DNA of 63,861 nucleotides, the filler included, from Hyphochytrium catenoides (taxonomy: Eukaryota; Protista; Hyphochytriomycota): the NCBI GenBank assembly GCA_900088475.1. It is 14 parts of 14 records of this genome, joined end to end, with 100 filler letters (N's around TTAATTAATTAA, not from the genome) between each part and the next. Parts side by side here need not be neighbours in the genome. Positions count along the whole stretch, not along the records: positions 1 to 19,030 come from FLMG01000323.1; positions 19,131 to 21,264 come from FLMG01004624.1; positions 21,365 to 23,539 come from FLMG01003481.1; positions 23,640 to 24,660 come from FLMG01001201.1; 10 more parts are not named here. One strand, given 5' to 3'. This document shows positions 13,280 through 24,559 of the stretch, in pieces. Both the position numbers and the translations under genes were made by a program. Within the stretch, counting starts at the first letter, position 1. Each line of letters starts with the position of its first letter. The notes beneath the pieces are model-generated. The model searched no databases, was not told the DNA's origin, and saw nothing but the letters and a program-made list of their open reading frames with translations.

Positions 13280-15716
13280 TTAACGTCTGAAGCCACCTCG
13301 TCCTCCGCCACGCCCACTATTACCTCCTCTGCCTCCTCTTCCTCTGCTGAAGCCTCGTCCTCCGCCTCTACCACCTCGGCCTCCGAACGAAGACGACCCC
13401 ATATTGAAGCGTGGACCTGAACCATTCTGGTGGCTACTGTACTCTCTGGCTTTGACAGTAGGTAGCGTCGAGGGGACGCTGTATGGAGAGTCTCCATCTT
13501 CAAGCAATTTCTTTAGAGTCTTTTGGCCCTCCAAGGGCAAATCGAACACGGCACCTCGGGAATCATCAGTCAACGTCATTCCCTTTACACCGTTCGCCAC
13601 CTCCTCGGAAAAGTCCCTGTTGATGGCATTCCACACATAGCGAGTTGCGAAGATGGTCTGAGGGCTGCTAAATTGGATCGTGACGAAACCTGGGGCACCC
13701 GTAAGCAGAGACTTCCGGAGCAAAGGACTAGTATAACCAGTAATGCAGGCCAAAGCTCCGGATAATGCTGCCACAGCCCCTATTTTGAGACGATTCAGTA
13801 TACATACGGTATCCTTGTAACGAACACATTACAGCATTCTCACCCTTTTCATCAATCAGCCTTTTAGCGACCTCCTCAAAAAGGGGCAGAACCTCCTCAT
13901 GGACGGCCTCGATCTCCTCGGAGGCTCCCCTGGCTGTGGCCTCAATAATCTGCTCAGGCGTCGGTGCCGCTGTATACTCAAACTTGTTTCCAGATCGTCT
14001 TTCAATCTCTTGAAGAGTATCTTTTTGCCTGGTTGTGAATAGAGTCACGCAGACGCCTTTTCGCCCAGCTCTGCCAGTCCTCCCAGACCTATGGATATAT
14101 GTCTCAACATCTGGCTTGCCAGTGAAGTTCGTCTTTGGGGGCTCATTGTTGATAACAAGATCCACTTCCATATCAATACCTCGTGCCGCAACGTCCGTTG
14201 CGATGAGGCACTGGAACTAAATAATAGCGCAAAAGACGGGTTAGTATGAGTTATTTCGCATTATAGAAGATTGTTTCTTTCAATAGAAGGGACTCAGTTT
14301 GCAGTTAAAAAGCTTATTTTTGTTGCAATCATAGACATCATGCAAAATAATGAAGCTCATCATCGTCCCCGTTACACCTCAAAGTGCAAACTGAACACAA
14401 CTACGAGTGTGAGGAAGCAGTGCCAATGATACCTTTCTTTCGCGAAAAGCTTGCATCGTTGTTTCACGCTGGCCTTGAGCAATGTCACCGTGCAGCACCT
14501 GACATTCAAACTTCAAGTCTGAGTTTACTGCCAGCTCGTTGGCCTCTTTCTTTGTCTCCACAAAGACAATTGTCCGACCCTTGCTTCCTCCGCCATACCT
14601 GCATTCCACCGTGCGTTAGGTCTAGCAATGGGATGAAGACGGGAGGGACACAAAAGCACATACACAGATATGAGGTCTCGGATTGTGGCGGGCTTCTGTT
14701 GCCAATGGCAGCTGATGGCTAGATGTTTCACATCCTTTGAAGCTCTTCCTCCATCTTTCTCAACTAGGTCAACGATTTCCTTATCATCCTTCATATACTT
14801 TTCGACCAGCTGGTTGACCCACTGTGGTATCGTCGCTGAGAACAAAAGAGTTTGACGAGGTTTTGTCCCCTGCTCCTGAATTGCCTGGAAAACTTTATCT
14901 ACATCTTCCTTGAACCCCATTTCTAACATGCGATCAGCTTCGTCAAGGATAAAGAACTCAATATCCTGGAGTTTTAAGTTCTTCCTATCCAAGTGGTCCA
15001 GAATTCGCCCTGGAGTACCAACCACAACGTCTATACCCTATCATAGTGACCATTAGCGACTAGGTATCAGCAAGCCTCATGGGGGATGCTCTTACCTGGC
15101 GCATTTCGCGTTCCTGCTTGTCATAAGAGCTGCCTCCATATATTGTGGTTGTTGTTAGGGATGGCCCCGCGGTTTTGAATTCTTCTGCTACTTGCATGGC
15201 CAGCTCACGAGTTGGAGCCATAACAATTGCTCGTGGAGCTCTGCCGTACTTGGTTGCACTCTTACTAAGGAGCTTCTCAATCACCGGCAGTGCAAAGGCG
15301 AGAGTCTTTCCCATTCCAGTACGAGCACGTCCTAGGATGTCTTTGCCGTCATAAATCTTATCGAAGGTAAGGGCTTGAATGGGAAATAAGGCTGAAATCC
15401 CTCTCCCCTCTAAGGCCGTAATGGTCTGCTGACTAAGCCGAAACTGAGTAAGAGGTGGGTTGCCCCCCTCCGCCGTATTTTGTCTCTCCGCAGCATCGAT
15501 GGATCGCGTCCGCATGCGCCGCTTGATGGGACTATCATCTGGCGAAGACGAAGCCTTTCTCTTCTTGGACTTCTTCTCCATGACGACCTCTACGTCGACG
15601 GATTCTGCCCCAGCTGCGGCAACATCCTCCAAGACAGACTTGGACTTCTCCTTCTTCTCTTTTTTCTCCTTCTTTTCCTTCTTCAGCTTCTTCGGCTTAT
15701 CCAATTTTATAGACAT
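13280..15716 (-). CDS. DDX21: Nucleolar DEAD-box RNA helicase of the DDX21/DDX50/RH7 (Gu) type, with GUCT domain and RGG tail
   Basis: Exons 15716-15096, 15037-14664, 14598-14433, 14216-13844, 13779-13280. Motifs [49 protein letters not shown]. Lys-rich N-terminus, RKSLLTG..GAVFD GUCT-like region, RGG-rich C-terminus. Confidence 0.93.
14289..14369 (-). ncRNA. Intronic box C/D snoRNA guiding 18S rRNA 2'-O-methylation
   Basis: Within intron 3 (14217-14432), minus strand reads GGGAC-G-ATGATGA (box C, 14363-14357) ... ATGA (D') ... ATGATTG (C') ... AGCTTTTTAACTGCAA-A-CTGA (box D, 14297-14294)-GTCCC. A 5-bp terminal stem closes it. The 16-nt guide is complementary to the conserved 18S segment TTGCAGTTAAAAAGCT. 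Confidence 0.9.
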
Positions 15717-16161
15717 CGCACCAACTCGTAAAGTCGACTTGTGCCTTTACGCAAACGTGTTCTTGATGGACCAGGTTGTGCCTTTGCGCGGACGGCTTCA
15801 AAGGAGTCTCCTTCTGCGGAGATTGAGTGCAATGACACTGAAACTCGACTTAGGACCTAGCTACTTTAAGCCCTTAGTCTCGTCGCGAGTTACAGCCCAG
15901 GCGATCTCCTAAAGGTTAACCATTGGCTGCTCTTTCCCAGCCGCGAGCAAGGAGTAGGTTCTAAGCAGTACGAGTGAAAGACCAAGCCCGATGTCCAGGT
16001 CCAGAAGTGTCGCTTGATGAAAGCTCAGAATGCACTCGCCAACCACCAACCGATCCCGTTGACCGCTAACCGCTAAGGCCTCTATAAAATCAGACTCAAG
16101 GTTATCGATTTGCGATAACCCTGTGGGTAGTCAAATCAATTCTTATGTTGGGGATTATTTT

Positions 16162-16185
16162 GGGACTTGGGACTTGGGACTTGGG
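16162..16185 (+). repeat. (GGGACTT)n tandem heptamer; canonical G-quadruplex motif
   Basis: GGG-ACTT-GGG-ACTT-GGG-ACTT-GGG in the region between the divergent helicase and GST genes. Confidence 0.7.
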
Positions 16186-16557
16186 ACCACGTCCGGACCA
16201 CAGCAGAGTCTAACGTGCGAGCTGACGTGACATCAGATGGAGCATGCAACAACAATAAAGATACAGCGACAATAATCAAGAGCTTGTTTATGATTCCTGG
16301 GACAGTGCACAAGCATTGGCACAAGCACTAGTAGTGCTCCCCAGAAGTAGGAGGTCAAGACCCTGTCAGGACCCCCTTTCCGCCTCCAGAAGCCCGAAGA
16401 GGATACGATATCCTGATTGCTCATTGCCGTCATCATTGCATTTTCATCTCGTGATTGGCATGCCAAGATAAGCATCCATTAAGGGAACGGCAAGAACGTT
16501 CAACAGGCTCCGTGTTATATTAACGAAGACAATAGGTCAAAACGGTCGCTCCCACTT

Positions 16558-17659
16558 ATGGCAATTCGAATATTCGGCCACGGAATCAGCCAGCCATCAA
16601 GAGCAGGTACTAGCCAACAACAAGCTTGGTTTTAGTAAGAAAACATTGCATGGCCTTATCCTAATCAGGTTTGGGACGCTTCACCCGGTGGGAACTTCTT
16701 GCTGGACTCTCTTTCTTCCTGCAGTGACATGGCTCTGTGCCATCAACAACCTTCCATATGAATTCAAGAAAGTGGACTTGGCGAAGGGCGAGGCAAGGAA
16801 GCCGGATTTTGCCAGGGTAAATCCAGCTCGTAAGGTGCCCGTTATCCAGGATGGCAACTTTACTCTATTCGAGAGGTAGGACTCATGCTGCACAACGTAA
16901 GCAATCATCATTTGAGGTCCTCACCCATCCCTCCGTCATGGACCAATCAGCCACGCAATTATGGCCTACCTGTGTAGCAAGCATGGATGGACCTCGTGGT
17001 ATCCTGAGGATGTTACAAAGCGAGCTTTGGTAAGTATCCTGAGGGCAGTAGTCAAACCTAACTCCAATTTATCGTCAGACGACACCAACAGCTCTGTCGC
17101 TTGCCACTGCTATGCAGGTTGACCAATACCTCCACTGGCATCACATCAATACGCGTCGAATCACAATTGACCTAGTCAGACATGTCGCTTTCAACCCAGG
17201 AAAGCTATCTCGCGACGCCCCGGTAAATAGCTCTCTTTTAGATTCTGAGCCGATATTCTCCGATTGCTAACCTTTATCCACGCCTGTAGGAGCTTGTTAG
17301 GGGCCGTAAAGTGGTGAACGAAGTCCTGCAGCTGCTGGAGACTTTCCTAGAGCGGCAAAGAGGAAGGTATTTGGCGAGTGAGGACCATCCCACTATTGCA
17401 GACCTGGCCTGCTATTGTGAGCTAGATCAGTTGGAGATTCTAGAGCTCTACGACTTCAGCAGCTATCCCAGAGTTACAGACTGGATGTCTCGAATGAAGG
17501 TAGAGAGCTAAACTCTTTTCTAGATACCGTCTAGTGCAATTAAAAGCTCAATGTCACTTTGTTGTGGGTATGCAGAAACTGCCGGAATATGAGGAGCAGC
17601 ATGGATCTCTTTTCAAACTTGCGCAAATTTTGAAGCAAGCTGACGCCTCCAAGCTCTAA
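16558..17659 (+). CDS. Theta-class glutathione S-transferase with C-terminal SKL (PTS1)
   Basis: Six exons: MAIRIFGHGISQPSRAV|TWLCAINNLPYE..VNPARKVPVIQDGNFTLFES|HAIMAYL..WYPED..RAL|VDQYLHWHH..|..PTIADLACYCELDQL..RMK|KLPEY..DASKL*. SQPSR and DQYLxWHH are theta-GST hallmarks. Confidence 0.92.
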
Positions 17660-18983
17660 CAGCCCGGGCGTAACCCACCATGGCTTAAACATTTTGCACA
17701 AGTCTTCTCTACGTGATGAGCACCGTACAGGGAACATAGCTGGAGATCCGTAGGATGTACAGACATGATAAAAAAGCAGATACGGAGGCTGGTTCTTCCC
17801 TTTTAGACGTAGTGCCACCTACCCAATTTTCTCCGTTACCTACTACTCAGTAATGCAGCCTATCATGCCAGGGGAAGTGTCTATGATTGCTTTGTCCGTC
17901 AAAAAAAGATTCCACCAACTTGGGAAGTGGTTCCTCCTGACACGTGGTGATTAGTTCTTACATGTCTGTAAAAGCTACAAGGAAACAACGAGGAACCATG
18001 ACAGTTGGAAAGGCGCCGTCTGAAAAGGAAAGGGAGCTCATTGTTGGGATGCTTGGTTCTGCCTCTACTAATCGTCTTTTAGAGCTTCAGAACTCAAGCA
18101 GGAAGCTTTCCAGAGGATTAAAGGACTCTAGGAATGTACCAGTACTGTACTTCTTGGTCTACCCAAGACCACTAGTAGTGCTCAAGAATTACACTGATCA
18201 TCTAACCAGGTTAACTCACCTGCAGTCAGCCCCCTGGTCAAGGGCAATATTCGCGTGGCAGGAGCGATTTGATATTGAAGTGCTCATGCCACATACCTTT
18301 TCCACTAATCTGGTTAACCGCTAAGGCACCTACTTGGGTTTCTGTCTGTGGCAATAGAAAGGTTCAGTAGTTGCGTTACTGCCACTTTCCTCCAACGGCC
18401 GCTAACGCCATTTTTTCGGGTACGTGGCACTATCCTCTTCCCAAGAATTACTTGTCGGGTTTCCTATGGGTCATTTGATGGCGAGCAACTGGGTCACCCA
18501 GTGAAGAATGAACAGCTGAATGAACCAGTGATTGCTTCCTTCTGTCCCTACAAACACTAACCTTACGACGTCGTACGATGTTATGATGGTGGGCAGCGTG
18601 TGAAGCTCAGGCGTAGTCTGTGCTTGTGAAAATCTATGAGCCTACCAGCTGCAACTGGCTGCTCTAGAACCTACAAGGCGTAATCCACATGGCTCACTAC
18701 GTTTACCACCATAAACCTTCCTCCTAACAATCACACTTACTTGCTTAACCGCCATATAGCGGAGTTGACCCTACATGTTGTGTGTGTTGGTGAGAGAGAG
18801 ACCTGATCAGAAGACTTCATCATCCTTCCTCTTCCTGGACCAACTAAGAGTCCCGCAGTTCTAAATGTTATGGGTGGGGGAAGGCGATGACTTTATTGGT
18901 CCTTTTATAGGGGGCAGAGGGCCATCATCAGGAAAAGATAAGAATTCAACCCTTTGTATGGGTCTACTGGGTATGTGCTGTTA

Positions 18984-19030
18984 TTAGAGCATCTCCACCG
19001 GGGGTCTCTATCGCTATCTCTATCGCTATA
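18984..19030 (+). mobile_element. Probable terminus of a PIF/Harbinger (Tourist-like) element
   Basis: TTA followed by GAGCATCTCCA, which matches the Tourist-type TIR and TTA target site. The scaffold ends 33 bp later. Confidence 0.5.
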
Positions 19031-19130
19031 NNNNNNNNNNNNNNNNNNNNNNNNNNNNNNNNNNNNNNNNNNNNTTAATTAATTAANNNNNNNNNNNNNN
19101 NNNNNNNNNNNNNNNNNNNNNNNNNNNNNN
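19031..19130. other. Artificial scaffold spacer N44-TTAATTAATTAA-N44 (first of 13)
   Basis: The same 100-bp spacer starts at 19031, 21265, 23540, 24661, 26644, 27781, 29455, 32519, 39466, 55462, 56869, 60659 and 62103. Its core gives stop codons in all six frames. Confidence 0.97.
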
Positions 19131-19877
19131 AGAGAGAGAGAGAGGAGAGGAAAAAGTGTGAGAGAGAGGAAAGAGAGGAGAGAAAGAAAAGCGAGGTCTA
19201 GCGAGAGAGAAGACGGGAGACACACGGGAAAATAAGTATTAGGGCCTCCGAAGGCAAATGGATGGGGGAGAGAGAAGGGAAGAGATTGACCGAGGTCAAC
19301 AGATCGTAGCGATGGAGAGACGGCGGTTATGGGTACAGCAGATAGCGGCCAGGAGAGAGACAGAGCACGTGTGGATACCTTTCGATAGGCAGCCCGACAA
19401 CGTTATCCACGACTGAGAAGGCAGCCGGTAGCAGGGAACCCTGCAGCTAGACAAGGAGAGAAGGGAGAGAGAGAGAGTGAGCAAGGGAGACAGACACAGA
19501 GAAAGGAGAGAGAAGAGAGACACAAAAGACGAAGACGAGAGTGTGTACGGCACCAGCTGGGTTAAGCGCAGCTGCCTCCATAGACAGAACTCTGGTCTCT
19601 CTTGGTGCCATCAGGGGAGGAAATATGACCTCTAGATGACCTGTGAAGAAAGCCACAAGGATAGAAGAGACTTCCACTCTTTCTCCGTCTTTGAAGTGCC
19701 AATCAAGGCGATCTCTTACATTCGAGCTACTCTCTCATTCCGCTGACGGCGAGCAAGAAGCAAGAGCATTCACGGAAAGAATAGAGAGAAAGAGAGAGAC
19801 AGAGAGAGGCAGCGAGACAGAGAGAAAGAGAGAGAGAGGAAAAGAGAGAAAAAGAGAGAGTGGAGACAACTCTCAAT

Positions 19878-21264
19878 ATGTCATCCCTCAACAGGCCGGA
19901 GGAGGTTCAAAATGAGAATGGCATTGTCTTAAACGTAGATGACGGCAGAGACGTCCAGGAAGAGAGACTTCCAGGCCGTGACATCTCTCTCAGTATTGAC
20001 GGACCTCCACTAGAGAGAGACACTTCTCTCTCTCTCCCTTCCAACGCCCCCACGCAGGAGACAGAAGAAGAGAAGAAGACAGAAGAGAGTAAGGTTCATC
20101 CTCATCACCATCATCATCACCACCGCAAGGGCCACACAAATGGCGAAAAGGAGAAGAAAGGAGAGAGTCCAAAGAGAGAGAAGAAGACCAAGAAGGCTTT
20201 CGTGGCGAACAATAAGCCTAAGAGCTTCTACCGCAGGCCGTGCTTCCTCGTCCTTCTCTTCCTTGCGCTAGGAGGACTGGGCTTCATAGGCTGGTATCTG
20301 TACATGTAAGACTGAGAAGCGTGAGAAAGACTGAGGGAGAAAGAGTTGCTTTTACCAAAAATAGTTAGTGACGAGAGAGACAGAGCAGAAAAGAGTGACC
20401 CGAGGAAAGAAGAGAGATGGCCTCACAAAGGAAAGGCAAGCTGGGNNNNNNNNNNNNNNNNNNNNNNNNNNNNNNNNNNNNNNNNNNNNNNNNNNNNNNN
20501 NNNNNNNNNNNNNNNNNNNNNNNNNNNNNNNNNNNNNNNNNNNNNGAGAAACCAATAGATGAGAGCAACCAATAGAAAAGAGCAAGAGGAGGAGCCAGGA
20601 AGAGACCATTCAGAGGAAGAAAGAGAGAGAAGAGTGGGAGAGACAGATGTTCTTCAAGCTCATGTCTCCGTCCCTCGCCTGCTAGGACGTATATGACCTA
20701 TCACGAAGGACTGGGCTATGGAAAGTTCAAGTTTTACTCCCTACCGTCAGAGACCTACAGTCACTACGGAAAGCCAGTAGCGACGTGGTAAGTCATGGAC
20801 AAAGACAAGGTGGCCATCATCATATGGTTTCTCCCTGGTCTCTCTTTTCTCCCTGGCCTTTCTTTTCTCCCTGGCCTTTCTTTTCTCCCTGGTCTCTCTC
20901 TCTTTCCCTGGTCTCTCACTCTCTTCTTGGTCTCTCTCTCTCTGTCCCCCTGCTCTCTCTCTCCCTGCTCTCTCTCTCTCTCTCTCACTCGCTCTCGCTC
21001 TCTCGCCCTCTCTCTCTGGCTCTCTCTCTGGCTTTATCTTCTTCAAGCACCGCGCTCTCACGCCTACTAGGTCTCTTCTCTTCAGTATCCTTTTGCCTCT
21101 TATTAATGCTTTTTTAGGCTATCTTTCTCCTTGCATCTCTAGGTTCCCTATGTCCTTGCCTATGTATCTGTCGTCTCTCGGTCTCCTTTTACTCACGTCG
21201 CCGCGCTGTTAGGGTTCACGGGAACGGCACAGCTCATTATATGGATAACCTGGTCGGCGGCATC
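19878..21264 (+). CDS. Type II membrane protein of unknown family, 3'-partial
   Basis: MSSLNRPEE.. His tract, KSFYRRP, then TM segment CFLVLLFLALGGLGFIGWYLY. Exons at ~20686-20786 (TYMTYHEGLGYGKFKFYS..) and ~21212-21264 (VHGNGTAHYMDNLVGGI) join in frame via GTAAG..AG introns. Confidence 0.65.
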
Positions 21265-21364
21265 NNNNNNNNNNNNNNNNNNNNNNNNNNNNNNNNNNNN
21301 NNNNNNNNTTAATTAATTAANNNNNNNNNNNNNNNNNNNNNNNNNNNNNNNNNNNNNNNNNNNN

Positions 21365-21674
21365 TAAGGTTACAACACAAATTCGCCTAGAGGCACGCGA
21401 TGTGTCTCGGTTTGTGGTGATACGTCTCGCGTTACAAATTCGAGTTATGTTCATAAAAACCCTTTCGCTTCCGCTCTGACCCCTTTATATCTCCAGAGTA
21501 CACAAACAAAGACCCAAACCCAAAGAAAAAACCCAAACAGTGATTAGTGAAAATCCAAATAGTGAAATTTTGATCACAAACACACAGACAGACACACAGA
21601 CAACACGAAAAAGTCCATTTGTGCTGAAGCCCCTGTGGGTTGAAATGGAGGCTCACCCTTCGGGCTCGCAATTA
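21365..21674 (-). mobile_element. Helentron/HINE (DINE-1-like) element end
   Basis: Minus strand reads TAATTGCGAGCCCGAAGGGTGAGC, then ~50 bp, then a GTCT/GTGT microsatellite. Same layout as 28001-28130. Confidence 0.55.
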
Positions 21675-23639
21675 CACCACATGCCCTATTTCACTGTAAA
21701 CCTATCTGTTTTACATGGACCGGGACTGACCGTTAGCTCCTTCGACCACTGCACAATCATTGTACAGCGCAGTACAACTGCGAACATATCACAGTCTCAA
21801 CATAGGTACCTTCGTACCCGGCTTGACCAGATAGGATACTGGTCCTTGCTGTGTAGAACAGCGATATTGTGCGGATGAACTCCGCCTTCCTTTGATGTCA
21901 TCTTGATAGGACAAGGTCGTCACTCCAGCGCTCAGTTGATCAGAGAAGCAGCAGTCACCAGCAGCGAGTGTGGGTCCATAACCTGATGAAATTTAGCAGA
22001 GGTAGATATTGATGACTTCTGAAGCTCTGTCTAGGTGAACATATAACAAAGGGACTTGATAATAATTATCTGTAAATTGACTCAATGAATGTCTCTCTTG
22101 GTGCTCTGCTGATCATTCTGCGTCTCGTTCCATCCTCCATCTAACAAAGGTTTTTTGCTCAAGGAAGTGGTCTCCTCACATCTCTATTCACCCGTAACAC
22201 AGTTTATACCGGTAACGACTATGTTTCTGAAAGCTAGATGACTATAGAGAGTGATTACTGACAACGGGCATTGTATCACGCAACAAATATCTCTATGACT
22301 GAATATCTTAGGGTCTAGTGATATAGAGATATCCTGATGATTTGACAATGTCATTAGATGAGAGTGCTCTACTTATACGCCCAGCTGGGTCCCACAACCT
22401 AGAGATATTCTGACAATGCCAACTATCGCAATAAGCCCTAACATATTCAGTTATAGAGATATCCTTGTTCAGAACAGTCAGTTCTGAAGGTATCCGGGGT
22501 GCTGACCATAAGCCATAGATATCAACAGGACCAGTTCTTTGCTTCATATCTCGGGGTTTCTACTGGGAGCTGGGAGCTGGAACTTGGGTAGCTAAGCTTC
22601 CCACTTGTAGTCCACATCGCTGTGCCCTCAGACTCCAACAAGACCAACAAGACCACATGATAAGTAGGAAAACAGGGTCCTATAAGCTCTCCATAACTCA
22701 TTCTGACCATAGTAGTAGACCACGGACGTAATCTGAATAAGAGTGTCTTCAAAATCCGACACATTATAACACACTTCTCCTAGAAGTAATACCAGCATGT
22801 CCAAGCAANNNNNNNNNNNNNNNNNNNNNNNNNNNNNNNNNNNNNNNNNNNNNNNNNNNNNNNNNNNNNNNNNNACCTTGAGTGGCCCAGATTTGGGCAG
22901 TCGATAGGAACGACCCTGACTGAGCAATATATATTTGCCTCCTCATCGATCATACAGCTGACGTTTAGCAGGGTTAGACAGATCGATGCGGTATGAACAA
23001 GATGAGTACAGTGCGATAACAAGACCAACTGATGTTCGAGAAAATAGTGAGTCCGAAGAACTGAGATGGGTATGAGAAAGAAAGAGCTCAGACAGCTGCA
23101 GCAGCGAAGTAGAAGAAGAGGCAGGCTGAACCCGGCATCTGCTGTCCCTATTGATCTTGTTGCTTCTAGGCGATGTTAAGGTAAAACAGCATTCCGTTGC
23201 TTGATGGACTAACAGCTGCCTGTTGGGAACAGGCTGGATTGGTTTAAGACAACCATTGTCTCTTCCAGGGTACCAATAGCAGCCGACTGGTTCTGATGAC
23301 GGGAAAGTCAAGGATGAGGATTTCTCTAGACTGTAAGGCGGTGTCGGTATAACTGATGACGGAATTTGAAGTCCGTATACTTGTGGTTACTCTCAACGGC
23401 TGACTCATGCCATAGCCCGTCTTTTCGCTCTCTAAGAAAGTGGTGCCCGATCAATAATCGCAGGTACAACTAATGGGAAAGGAAAGAACAAAGTGTTGAA
23501 TGTTCAGCTTCGACCCTTCACAATAGGGAGTTCGAGCTGNNNNNNNNNNNNNNNNNNNNNNNNNNNNNNNNNNNNNNNNNNNNTTAATTAATTAANNNNN
23601 NNNNNNNNNNNNNNNNNNNNNNNNNNNNNNNNNNNNNNN

Positions 23640-23683
23640 CTCTTCAGAAAACTATCGGGCTCTACGGAGGGGAGTCACAGAGA

Positions 23684-23716
<33 letters not shown>

Positions 23717-23902
23717 GGGATAAGGGAAAGAGAGAGAGGAGAGAGAGAGAGATGAAGGAGAAGGAGAGAGAAAGTTACAGAGAGAGAGAGATGTAGTACG
23801 TTACGCAAAGTGTCCTGCTTTCTTGACAAAGTTTATCAAGAAGAAAGGAGAAGATTGCAGGAAGAAGAAAGGGTGTACGTGGTCCTTCAGGCTGATTGTG
23901 TA

Positions 23903-23936
<34 letters not shown>

Positions 23937-24166
23937 TGAGAGAGAGAGCGAGAGCGAGAGCGAGAGAGAGAGCGAGAGAGAGAGAGAGAGAGAGAGAAGA
24001 GAGGGAGAAAGAGCGAACGAGAGAGGGAGCATCGGGACCAAAAAAGAAACTGGGAAGAAAAACTCACTAAGTTGCTCCTCCAGGTTCTCAATGTTGGCAA
24101 TCGAATGCAGGAGACCTATCGTCCCGCATGCATTCCCTGCAATTGAGGAGAGAGAGACAGACAGAC

Positions 24167-24205
<39 letters not shown>

Positions 24206-24363
24206 GAGACAGAGAGTTACAGAGAGACAGAGATGAAGTTGAAGAGGGATAAGAGAGAGAAAGAGAGCAAGAAAGACGGCTGTTAAGATAGTAAAAAAAT
24301 CACTTCGCCAAACTAAAAGAGCAGGAAAGGTAGGGAAATGTGGGAATGCACAACAGAGCGTAC

Positions 24364-24412
<49 letters not shown>

Positions 24413-24507
24413 TCACCGACTGTTTGCTTGGTGAAGTAGAGGGTATCGCTGACGATCTGTCCCTCAGACTCAATTCTCTCTGCTTCCTGACGGCGATGCT
24501 CCTCTGT
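23640..24507 (-). CDS. Ubiquitin C-terminal hydrolase (peptidase C12, UCH-L3-like), internal fragment
   Basis: Exons 24507-24417, 24136-24068 and 23661-23640 splice to ..EGQIVSDTLYFTKQTVG|NACGTIGLLHSIAN..L|KPDSFLK, which contains the catalytic QTxGNACG motif. Confidence 0.92.
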
Positions 24508-24523
24508 CTGGTCAATATAGAGT

Positions 24524-24559
<36 letters not shown>

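Noticed and set aside
7684-15912. Plus-strand ORFs overlapping the PPR and helicase genes
   Set aside because: Antisense shadows with no recognisable motifs.
16161-16187. Telomeric repeat
   Set aside because: Only about four units, internal to the scaffold, and not a telomere motif I recognise.
19075-19086. TTAATTAATTAA palindromes as biological sites (e.g. piggyBac targets)
   Set aside because: Always centred in exactly 44 N on each side; an assembly linker.
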